DNA from: an uncultured Holophagaceae bacterium
GTDB lineage: Bacteria; Acidobacteriota; Holophagae; Holophagales; Holophagaceae
Length of the DNA stretch: 48,617 nucleotides
Direction: 5' to 3'
NCBI GenBank assembly: GCA_903880675.1
Contig: CAIRQL010000098.1
Coordinates: forward strand, 1-48,617
How positions within the stretch are numbered: position 1 is the first letter of the stretch; each line of letters begins with the position of its first letter. This document shows, one piece after another, positions 28,484 to 37,746 of the stretch. Below the pieces are notes generated by a model, which saw only the letters and a list, made by a program, of their open reading frames with translations, was not told the origin of the DNA and ran no database searches. A program made the translations under genes and the position numbers.

Positions 28484-28654
28484 TACCGCAGAGAAGGGCA
28501 AAAGGTCTTTAGCCACAAAGAACACAAAGGGCGCAAAGAAAAAACGGAAGGGAAGCGGAGGAAGGCGGAGGCGCAGAGGAGAGCGGAGAACTGCTTGGCG
28601 CCTTGGCACCCTTATCCCCGTCAACGCTCTTGTCCCTGGCTCCTCGGTGAGGCA
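28484..28654. repeat. Mosaic of degenerate 9-nt periodic repeats between convergent genes
   Basis: GCCACAAAG AACACAAAG GGCGCAAAG; GGCGGAGGCGCAGAGGAGAGCGGAG; CTTGGCGCCTTGGC. Confidence 0.65.
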
Positions 28655-30289
<1,635 letters not shown>

Positions 30290-30362
30290 GGGGGACTCCG
30301 GGGGTAGGGGTTTACCGGATTGTGCCCATTCATGATCCAGGGGTCAACATGGGCCAAGCACC

Positions 30363-30818
30363 CTACTCCCGGGCGCCCTTGCGGATGCGGTCCATCTCGC
30401 GCTTCTGCTCGCGCTGCTTCAGGGCTTCGCGCTTGTCGCCCACGGCCTTGCCTTCGGCGAGGGCGATGCGCACCTTGATCTTCCCCTTGTCGTTCAGGTA
30501 GATGGCCAGCGGGATGATGGTCAGGCCCTTGCGCACCACCTTGCCGATGAGCTTGGCGATCTCGACCTTGTGCAGCAGCAGCTTCCGGGCCCGCAGGGGG
30601 TCGTGGTTGGCGTCGGTCCCAAACTTATAGGGGGAGATGTTGGCTTGCTTGAGCCAGAGCTCCCCGTTGGCGGTGTCCACGTAGGCGTCCTGGAGCTGAC
30701 CCAGGCCCGCCCGCAGGGACTTGACCTCGGTCCCCACCAGGGCGATCCCCGCCTCCCACGTGTCGAGGACGTGGTAGTCGTGGAAGGCCTTGCGGTTGCG
30801 GACGAGATCCTCACTCAT
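30363..30818 (-). CDS. smpB: SsrA-binding protein SmpB
   Basis: NRKAFHDY, EAGIALVGTEVKSLR, RKLLLHK, GLTIIPL, DKRE. Confidence 0.97.
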   Translation of the reverse strand: MSEDLVRNRKAFHDYHVLDTWEAGIALVGTEVKSLRAGLGQLQDAYVDTANGELWLKQANISPYKFGTDANHDPLRARKLLLHKVEIAKLIGKVVRKGLTIIPLAIYLNDKGKIKVRIALAEGKAVGDKREALKQREQKREMDRIRKGARE

Positions 30819-30824
30819 CCCAAC

Positions 30825-30845
30825 AGTCTACCCGCCCGGTAGACT
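30825..30845. promoter_or_regulatory. Back-to-back TAGACT -10 elements (divergent smpB/dedA promoter)
   Basis: AGTCTACC-cgccc-GGTAGACT palindrome within the 40-nt gap between divergent starts. Confidence 0.6.
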
Positions 30846-30858
30846 CAACCTTTGAGGT

Positions 30859-31524
30859 ATGCCCATGTTGCAGAAGCTGCTCGCCCCCATCGTCGCCTGG
30901 ATGGTCGCCGTCATGGCCGCCATGGGCCCCCTGGGCGTCATGCTGCTCATGGCCATCGAGAGCGCCTGCATCCCGCTGCCCAGCGAGGTGATCATGCCCT
31001 TCGCCGGGTATCTCGCCTTCAAGGGGCAGCTCACCTTCTTCGGCCTGGGCGCGGATAACCCCGTGGCGCAGATCTGGATCGCGGGCGTCTTCGGCGCCCT
31101 GGGCTGCAACCTGGGCAGCATCCCCGCCTACGAGGTGGGCGCCTGGGGCGGCCGCCGGGCCGTGGAGAAGTACGGCCGCTATATCTGGCTCCACACGGGC
31201 CACCTGGACCAGGCCGAGCGCTTCTTCGCCCGCTTCGGCACCTGGGCCATCTTCATCGGCCGCCTGCTGCCGGTGGTTCGCACCTTCATCGCCCTGCCTG
31301 CCGGCATCGCCAAGATGGACCGCACCCGGTTCCACCTGTACACCTTCGCGGGCAGCCTGCCCTGGTGCCTGGGCCTGGCCTGGGTGGGCTACAAGCTGGG
31401 CGAGAAGTGGAACACCCTGGGTGCCTACTTCCACAAGCTGGACGCCGTCATCGCCGTGGTGCTCCTGGCCGGCGTCGCGTGGTTTGTGTACGACCACGTG
31501 AAGAACCGTCAGAAGGATTGTTGA
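30859..31524 (+). CDS. DedA family membrane protein
   Basis: ESACIPLPSEVIMPFAG, GRLLPVVRTFIALPAG. Confidence 0.92.
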   Translation: MPMLQKLLAPIVAWMVAVMAAMGPLGVMLLMAIESACIPLPSEVIMPFAGYLAFKGQLTFFGLGADNPVAQIWIAGVFGALGCNLGSIPAYEVGAWGGRRAVEKYGRYIWLHTGHLDQAERFFARFGTWAIFIGRLLPVVRTFIALPAGIAKMDRTRFHLYTFAGSLPWCLGLAWVGYKLGEKWNTLGAYFHKLDAVIAVVLLAGVAWFVYDHVKNRQKDC

Positions 31525-31560
31525 ATCCTGTTAATCCCTTCGAATCCTGTTAATCCTGTC
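31524..31560. repeat. 9-nt periodic repeat (AATCCTGTT x about 4, degenerate)
   Basis: AATCCTGTT AATCCCTTCG AATCCTGTT AATCCTGTC between convergent dedA and DMT genes. Confidence 0.7.
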
Positions 31561-31579
31561 CCGCTTTTCCCTGCAGACT

Positions 31580-32470
31580 TCACGGCACCAGGAACAGCGC
31601 CGCAGCCCCGGCCAGGGCCAGCAGGGTGCCGAGCACGGCGTGGCCGCCGACCTTCTCCTTGAAGACGAAGTGCGACACCGGCAGCAGCAGCACGGGCGAG
31701 AGTGACATCAGTGTCGCCGCCACGCCCATGGGCGCTTTAGCGATGGCGATGAGGGAGAGCACCACCCCCAGCACCGGTCCCGTGAGGGCGCCCAGGCCAA
31801 TGAAGGCCGCGGCCCGGCCGTCCCGCAGGGCGCCCAGGGTGCCGCGCAGGCGGCCGGTGGCGGTGAAGTAGAGGAGCAGGGCCGCGAGGCCCGCAGTCAC
31901 CCGGATCAGGTTGGCCGACAGGGGTGGGAACGAACCGGCCAGACCGTACTTGCTGAAGAGCAGGCCCAGGGACTGTCCCAGGGCGCCGCCCATGCCCAGC
32001 AGGACGCCCCGCCAGAGGTGGGGGTGGGCCTCGCCCTCGCCCCCGTCCCACACCACCCAGGCCACGCCTCCCAGGGTGGCGGCCATGGCCGCCAGATGCG
32101 CCGGTCCCAGGCTCTGCCCCAGGAAGGCCCAGGCCAGCAGGGTGCTGAAGATGGGCGAGAGGGTCATGAGCAGCATGGCCAGGCGGGCGCCGATGAGCAC
32201 GAAGGCCTCGAACAGCGCCGCATCGCCGAGGGCGAAGCCGATGAAGCCCGACAGGCCCAGCCAGCCCAGACGCACCCCGCCGGCCTGGTACGGAAACAGC
32301 GTGCCGTAGAGGGCGAGGTGCAGCAGCAGCAGCGTGCCCCAGGCCATGAGCAGGCGGCTCAGGTTGACGGAGGCCGAGCCCACCCGGCGGCCGGCCACCA
32401 TGAAGCAGACGGAGTTCAGCGACCAGCAGAGCGAGGTCAGGAGGGCGGCGGCTTCCCCGGCGTGGTTCAA
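31580..32470 (-). CDS. DMT/EamA family transporter
   Basis: About 10 TM helices in two halves, GEAAALLTSLCWS, FKEKVG; TTG start overlapping the hemW stop. Confidence 0.88.
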   Translation of the reverse strand: MNHAGEAAALLTSLCWSLNSVCFMVAGRRVGSASVNLSRLLMAWGTLLLLHLALYGTLFPYQAGGVRLGWLGLSGFIGFALGDAALFEAFVLIGARLAMLLMTLSPIFSTLLAWAFLGQSLGPAHLAAMAATLGGVAWVVWDGGEGEAHPHLWRGVLLGMGGALGQSLGLLFSKYGLAGSFPPLSANLIRVTAGLAALLLYFTATGRLRGTLGALRDGRAAAFIGLGALTGPVLGVVLSLIAIAKAPMGVAATLMSLSPVLLLPVSHFVFKEKVGGHAVLGTLLALAGAAALFLVP

Positions 32471-33645
32471 ACGAACAGCTCCAGGATCCCATTGCTCATG
32501 AGCATGCCCCGAGCCGTGAGGCGCACCTGATCGCCGTCCCAGGCCACCAGACCCTCCTGGGCCAGGGCCTTCAGACGGGTCTCCCAGGCGTCCACGAGGG
32601 GGCTGAGGTTCAAGGCTGCACCCTGGGCCCGCAGTTGGTTCCAGGCGATGCCCCGGTGCATGCGCAGGCCCAGCAGGGGCACCTCCGCCAGGGCTTCTGC
32701 CGGGTCCAGGTCCTGCAGGTCCAGAGCGCCCCGGCCCTCCACCCAGGCAGGGATCACGCTGGTCTGGGTCCAGCGCAGCTCTCCCAGGTGGGAGGCGGCG
32801 GCGGGGCCCAGGCCCAGGTAGGGGCGGCGCTCCCAGTAGCGGGTGTTGTGGATGGCCATGCCGCCGGGGCGGGCGTAGTTGCTGATCTCGTAGGGCGCCA
32901 GGCCCAGGGTCGGTAGCTCTACCTGGAGGCTCTCGAAGGCATCGGCCACAGCGTCCTCGGAGGGCAGGGTCAGGCGGCCCGCAGCGATCTCGGCCCGCAG
33001 GGGGCAGGCCTTGTCCAGGTCCAGCAGGTAGACGCTGAGGTGGTCGATGCCGGTGTCGGCGAGGGTGCGGGCATCCTCCAGCACCTTGGCCAGGGACTGG
33101 CCGGGAATGCCCACCATGAGGTCGGCGCTGCGCCGCTGGAAGCCCGCCTGCCGCGCCAGGTCCAGGGCCGCCAGGGCCTCGGTTGCACTGTGGATGCGCC
33201 CCAGGCGGGCCAGCAGCTCATCGTCGAGGGCCTGCACGCCCAGGCTGATGCGGTCCCAACCCTGGCTGCGGGCGGCCTGGAGCCAGCCCAGGTCCACGGT
33301 GCCCGGGTTGGCCTCCAGGGTGGCCTCCACCAGCGGGGAGAGGTCGAAGGCCGCGCCCAGGGCAGCGGTAAGGGCGGTCAGCTCCGCCTGGCTCAGGAGG
33401 GAGGGGGTGCCGCCGCCCAGGTAGAGGGTGTCCACGGCGGGGTGGCCCAGGGCCTCCCCCCAGGCGGCGACGTCGGCCAGCAGGCGCTGCACCGTGGCGG
33501 TCTGGAGGGTCCGGTCCCGCGTGGTGGTGAAGGAGCAGTAGGTGCACCGATCCACACAGAAGGGCACGTGCAGGTAGAGGCCCAGAGGCTCTGCCTGTGC
33601 CGCAGTCCGGAGGCGGGGCAGGTGGCCCCGGAGGTCAGGGTGCAA
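32467..33645 (-). CDS. hemW: Radical SAM heme chaperone HemW (HemN-like)
   Basis: LYLHVPFC-VDR-CTYC (CxxxCxxC), YLGGGTPS, EANP, YEISNYA, HNTRYW (HNxxYW). Confidence 0.85.
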   Translation of the reverse strand: MHPDLRGHLPRLRTAAQAEPLGLYLHVPFCVDRCTYCSFTTTRDRTLQTATVQRLLADVAAWGEALGHPAVDTLYLGGGTPSLLSQAELTALTAALGAAFDLSPLVEATLEANPGTVDLGWLQAARSQGWDRISLGVQALDDELLARLGRIHSATEALAALDLARQAGFQRRSADLMVGIPGQSLAKVLEDARTLADTGIDHLSVYLLDLDKACPLRAEIAAGRLTLPSEDAVADAFESLQVELPTLGLAPYEISNYARPGGMAIHNTRYWERRPYLGLGPAAASHLGELRWTQTSVIPAWVEGRGALDLQDLDPAEALAEVPLLGLRMHRGIAWNQLRAQGAALNLSPLVDAWETRLKALAQEGLVAWDGDQVRLTARGMLMSNGILELFV

Positions 33646-34384
33646 CCATCACCTGCAGGAAGTCTCGGCGCAGACGCTCGACCTCCCCGGGAAAGTGCCA
33701 GGGAGGCTGGGCGGGGCTGGCGGCCCGCTCCAGGTCGGCATAGCGCTGCCGGAGGCGGAGGCGCTCGGCCGCCGGCAGGGGCCGGCCCAGGCCGGTGTGC
33801 ACTTCGAGGCGCTGGAGGTTCTGGCGCAGGTGGGCGGCCTGGGGGCGGTAGAGGAAGGTGGCCAGCAGCACCTGGCCCAGGGCGAGGCCCGCGACCAGGA
33901 AGCCCGCCAGGGCCGGGAGCCGCAGGGGCGCCCGGAGGCCCAGGGCCACCCACCAGCCGATGAGGCCCATGAGGGCCAGACCCAGGATGGGGGCGGTGCC
34001 AAGGGCCCACAGGCCCCGGCCCCAGAGGCTGTCATCGAAGAGCGAGCCGACGGTGGCGTCCAGGGTGCGCTGGTCCCCGGCCGAGCGCGCCCGGGCCAGG
34101 TGCTGATCGAGGGCACTCCAGGCCTCCCGCTGGGCGGGGGACAGGGAGGGGTCCGGCGGGGCTTCCGAGACAGGCGGAAGGGGCGACAGCTCCGGCGGGG
34201 CCGCCTTGCCGTTTTCAATCCCCGAGGCTGAGGGTGGCTTCAGGACCTCGGCCCCGGGTGGGGGCGGGGTGTTGGTGATGTGGGTCCGGCCAGCGGCGTC
34301 CCGCCACGCATGGGTGCGGGGGGTGGGCTGGGCCAGGAGGGCCAGGGCCAGAAGACCTGCAGCGAGGGCCACGGGGCGGCTCAG
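33635..34384 (-). CDS. Hypothetical membrane protein with N-terminal DUF4124-like motif
   Basis: Signal-like N-terminus, HAWRDAAGRTHITNTPPP, two TM helices; start uncertain (GTG 34372, CTG 34384 or 34408). Confidence 0.65.
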   Translation of the reverse strand: MSRPVALAAGLLALALLAQPTPRTHAWRDAAGRTHITNTPPPPGAEVLKPPSASGIENGKAAPPELSPLPPVSEAPPDPSLSPAQREAWSALDQHLARARSAGDQRTLDATVGSLFDDSLWGRGLWALGTAPILGLALMGLIGWWVALGLRAPLRLPALAGFLVAGLALGQVLLATFLYRPQAAHLRQNLQRLEVHTGLGRPLPAAERLRLRQRYADLERAASPAQPPWHFPGEVERLRRDFLQVMVAP

Positions 34385-34944
34385 AAGTGGGTGTCCAGGG
34401 CCTCGCACCAGAAGTGGTAGACCATCTGGTGGACTTCCTGGATGCGGGCCGTGACGGTGGAGGGCACCACGAGGGCGTCGTCCATGAGGTCGGCGAGGCG
34501 ACCGCCATCCCGGCCCAGGAGGCCGAGGGTGCGGATCCCCAGCTCCTTGGCCGAGGCCACGGCCCGGATGACGTTGGTGCTGTTGCCGCTGGTGCTGATG
34601 CCGATGAGCAGGTCCCCCGGGCGGCCCAGGGCCTCCACCTGCCGGGAGAACACCTGGTCGAAGCCGTAGTCATTGCCGATGGCCGTGAGGGCTGAGGTGT
34701 CCGTGGTGAGGGCGATGCCCGCCAGGGCCCGCCGCTCCTTCACGTAGCGGCCGCTCAGCTCGGCGGCCAGGTGCTGGGCGTCGGCGGCGCTGCCCCCGTT
34801 GCCGCACACCAGGATGCGAGCCCCGCGCCGCAGGCGCTCAGCCATGTCATCGGCCTGGGCCACGATGCGGTCCACCTCTCGGTCGAAGAAGGACTGCTTC
34901 AGCTCGACGGAAGCCTGGACATGCTGGAGGAGGGTCTGACGCAT
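34381..34944 (-). CDS. gmhA: Phosphoheptose (sedoheptulose-7-phosphate) isomerase
   Basis: Start ATG 34944; CGNGGSAADAQH, GNDYGF, FSRQVEALG, ISTSGNS, RIQEVH. Confidence 0.95.
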   Translation of the reverse strand: MRQTLLQHVQASVELKQSFFDREVDRIVAQADDMAERLRRGARILVCGNGGSAADAQHLAAELSGRYVKERRALAGIALTTDTSALTAIGNDYGFDQVFSRQVEALGRPGDLLIGISTSGNSTNVIRAVASAKELGIRTLGLLGRDGGRLADLMDDALVVPSTVTARIQEVHQMVYHFWCEALDTHF

Positions 34945-34989
34945 GGGGTAATTGTGACAGGAATCCCCGGCCGCATTCCCTGGCTCCAG

Positions 34990-35005
34990 TGGCACACTGC
35001 TGGCA
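34990..35005 (+). promoter_or_regulatory. Candidate sigma54 (-24/-12) promoter
   Basis: TGGCACACTGCTGGCA: GG-N10-GC with TGGCAC, about 33 nt before ATG 35038. Confidence 0.5.
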
Positions 35006-35037
35006 TCGTCATCTTCTGACATTTTGGTGTGGGATCC

Positions 35038-36003
35038 ATGGACTGGCTGGCCTTCAAGCATGCGTTCCTTTCCCACCTTCCGGTGGCGGTTGGCCTGCTC
35101 CTGCCCTTGGCCCTGGTGGCGGCGCAGCGCCCGGGACGGGGCATTCGTGCCTGGTGGACCGTGGCTCGGTACTTGGGCTGGGCGGGCCTGGTGGGCCTCC
35201 TGACCTCCCTGGCCACGGGCTACCTGCAGATGCGCCACCTGGGCCTGCTGCCCCCTAACCGACTCCTGCCGTCCCTGGCTCCGAGCGCCTGGGGCCCGCT
35301 GACCTGGCACCTTACCGTGGCCCTGGCGGGCCTCGTTGTCGGGGCCGCTGCGCTCTGGGCCATGACCCGGCCCCGCAAGGAGTATCAGAGCCTTGGCCTC
35401 CCGAGCCTGGCCCTGGGCTTGGCGTGGTCGGCCCTCCTGGTCTTGGCCGGGGACTCCGGCCATGGCCTGGCCCATGCCAAGGCCCGGGTGGTCCCGGCCC
35501 CCCAGGCGGTCCTGCCTGCGGCTGTGGCGCCGGTGGTGGTGCGCCCACCCACTGCGCCGCCTTCCCCGGAGGCCTCGGTGCTGGCTCGGGCCCTGGACTT
35601 CGCCGCTCTGGAACCCCTCCACCCAGACCCCGTAAAGTCCGTTGCTCACGGTGGGCGCTGGGTCCGCTCCTGGGTCAGTGCCGAGGCCGCCGGGGCCTAC
35701 CGGGTTGGTGCACCCCTGCCGACCGGCGCCTTGGTGGTGCTCAGCTCCGTGGAGGATCGCTGGGGCCGCCCCGGTCCTGAGGTGGGCCCCCTCTATGTGC
35801 TCGAGATGAAGGCCTCAGGCCCCGCCCTGTCGTTCTACTGGGCCCGCATCCCCGAGGCCCGGCGCAAGGACTTCGAAGGCGAGGCCCGGGCCTGGTGGCC
35901 CAGCGGGCATCCCCGCCTGGAAGGCTGCCTCACCTGTCATCCCGACGGCATGGCGGACATCGCTCGCCGCAGCCGCTGGCGGCCTGCGCGGAACGCCGGC
36001 TGA
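35038..36003 (+). CDS. Membrane protein (DUF2231-like 4-TM domain) fused to a cytochrome P460/c'-beta-like heme c domain
   Basis: HAFLSHLPV…WH…GHGL TM domain; C-terminal SVAHGGRWVR…PTGALVV…CLTCH with the heme motif near the C-terminus. Confidence 0.6.
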   Translation: MDWLAFKHAFLSHLPVAVGLLLPLALVAAQRPGRGIRAWWTVARYLGWAGLVGLLTSLATGYLQMRHLGLLPPNRLLPSLAPSAWGPLTWHLTVALAGLVVGAAALWAMTRPRKEYQSLGLPSLALGLAWSALLVLAGDSGHGLAHAKARVVPAPQAVLPAAVAPVVVRPPTAPPSPEASVLARALDFAALEPLHPDPVKSVAHGGRWVRSWVSAEAAGAYRVGAPLPTGALVVLSSVEDRWGRPGPEVGPLYVLEMKASGPALSFYWARIPEARRKDFEGEARAWWPSGHPRLEGCLTCHPDGMADIARRSRWRPARNAG

Positions 36004-36029
36004 GCTGGGCCGTTCAAGAGCAACAGCGG

Positions 36030-36187
36030 AACCGCAGAGTGCGCAGATTGGCGCAGATCGGTGCCCCAACAGGGAGTTGCTGTTCAGGGGCCTCCCAACT
36101 CCAAGCACGCGACTGCAGTTATCCCCGTTCATCCCTTTGATCCCGTCAAAAAGCACTTGAAACAGGGATGAAGGGGATGAAGGGGAT
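36030..36187. repeat. 9-nt periodic repeats plus copy 2 of the ATCCCC/GGGGAT palindrome
   Basis: ACCGCAGAG TGCGCAGATT GGCGCAGAT (36031-36058); 36162-36187 is identical to 27787-27812, with an imperfect left arm at 36121-36146. Confidence 0.85.
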
Positions 36188-36211
36188 AACAGCGACAGCG
36201 CTTTCCTACCG

Positions 36212-37585
36212 CTAATCCAGCGTGAACTCGCCGCTGTCAATGACGGTGAGCTCGTTGGGCAGGAAGCGGACGTTGTAGCCCTTCTCCTTCAGCAGGTGGT
36301 AGGCCAGCTCGGCGCGGGTGCCGGTGGAGCAGTGGCAGACCAGGGGGCGATCCTTGGGCAGCTCCGCCAGGCGGGCCAGCAGCTGGGGCTCGGGGATGAT
36401 GAGGGCACCCTTGATGACCCCGTTCTTGGTCTCATCGAGGTTGCGCACATCCAGGATCACCACGCCGCGGGTGGCCGGTGCGGCCTCAGCCAGCTTGGTG
36501 AACTCCACGCCGGAGATGGAGCCCGGACGGGGCTTGGGCACGAAGGTGGCCTGAGCCGCCAGGGTGCCGGTCTCCACGGGCAGGCCTGCCGCCTGCCAGG
36601 CTTTGAAGCCGCCGGAGAGCACGTTCACGCCGACGTAGCCCGCCTTAACCAGTTCTGCAGCGACAGTCTTGGCGGCGGCGCCACCCAGCTCATCCACCAC
36701 CACCACGGGAGGCTTCAGCTTCGCCGAGGGGAAGGTCTTGAGGAGGTCAGCCACCTTCGCCGGGTCGACGGCCACGGCGCCCTTGAGGGAGCCCTTGGCG
36801 GCGTCGGCAGAGGGGCGGGCATCCAGAACCACGTGGGGTGTCTGGGTGTCCCAGTAGGCGGTCTTCAGCGAGGTGGGGCTCAGCACGCCCGCTGCCTTCT
36901 TGCCCCAGGCGGGCATGCCATCGATGAACACCTTCACATTGGTGTAGCCCAGCTTCCGGGCCTTGGCCAGGGAGCCGGGGCTCATGTTGCAGGTCTTCCC
37001 GCTGCAGTAGAAGATCACCAGCGCACCCTTGTCCGCTGGCAGCTTGTCGATGTTCTTGTCGAAGGCGGGGAAGGGCAGGTTCACGGCGGTGGGAATGGCG
37101 CCCTCCATGAAGCGCGGCGCGGGGCGGGAGTCATAGAGGAAGTACTTGCTCTTTTCGGAGCCCAGGGCCACCAGCTTCTGGATGTCCTCGAGGGTCGCCG
37201 TCTCATGGGCTGCCAGCTTGACTGGGGGCTTCACGGCCACCAGGGTGACAGTCTTGATGCCGTCCTTCTCGGAGTACTCAACGCGAACCTCGTGGCCCTT
37301 GGCGATGCCCTTGAGGGTGGCCTCGGTGGTCGCGGCGGGCTCCGGGCTGAGGATCTTCAGCGTGGTCTTGTCGTAGCGAAGGACCTCCGTGCGGTCGTCC
37401 AGGCGCAGCTGCAGCGAGTTGTTCAGCGTGACCAGGGTGTCGAAGTAGCCCCGGAGCTGGTTGGCGTCCGTGGTGTGGCAGGTGGTGCAGATCTTTGCAG
37501 CGGCGGGCTTGGGCGGCGCATCGGCGGCGCTCAGGGCCAGGCAGGCCGCAGCAAGGAGGGCAGGGATGACGGTCAGGCGGCTCAT
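36212..37585 (-). CDS. Exported heme c (CxxCH) protein with three rhodanese domains
   Basis: Signal peptide, CTTCH, beta-rich domain, then rhodanese repeats (DSRP…GAIPTA…FYCSGKTC; DARP…GSLKGA, no Cys; DVR…GVIKGA…HCSTGTRA); GGGAG RBS before ATG 37585. Confidence 0.85.
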   Translation of the reverse strand: MSRLTVIPALLAAACLALSAADAPPKPAAAKICTTCHTTDANQLRGYFDTLVTLNNSLQLRLDDRTEVLRYDKTTLKILSPEPAATTEATLKGIAKGHEVRVEYSEKDGIKTVTLVAVKPPVKLAAHETATLEDIQKLVALGSEKSKYFLYDSRPAPRFMEGAIPTAVNLPFPAFDKNIDKLPADKGALVIFYCSGKTCNMSPGSLAKARKLGYTNVKVFIDGMPAWGKKAAGVLSPTSLKTAYWDTQTPHVVLDARPSADAAKGSLKGAVAVDPAKVADLLKTFPSAKLKPPVVVVDELGGAAAKTVAAELVKAGYVGVNVLSGGFKAWQAAGLPVETGTLAAQATFVPKPRPGSISGVEFTKLAEAAPATRGVVILDVRNLDETKNGVIKGALIIPEPQLLARLAELPKDRPLVCHCSTGTRAELAYHLLKEKGYNVRFLPNELTVIDSGEFTLD

Positions 37586-37746
37586 GGGGACTCCCAAAGA
37601 AAGGTGCCACCCGGAGTCTATGATTGATTACCTATATATCAAGAAGGTTGTGACGCAGGTCTACAGCCACTCTAGTGGAGACTTTATGCCCCCTTTAGGG
37701 CCGCTATGAATGAATTTCTGCGGGCCGTGAAATTCCGCTTTCCGGT

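Noticed and set aside
30290-30858. tmRNA (ssrA) next to smpB
   Set aside because: Flanking gaps are 73 and 40 nt, too small for tmRNA.
34945-35649. Upstream part of the 422-aa ORF containing gmhA
   Set aside because: Antisense to the 35038-36003 gene; GmhA homology begins at 34944.
36212-37585. Selenocysteine recoding in the rhodanese protein
   Set aside because: The frame is open with Cys codons at the active loops; no in-frame TGA.
37624-37642. TTGAT…ATCAA resembling an FNR box upstream of the rhodanese gene
   Set aside because: Spacer is 9 nt rather than 4; the nearby TGTGA half-site lacks a matching TCACA. It could still be another regulator's site, but I cannot support a call.
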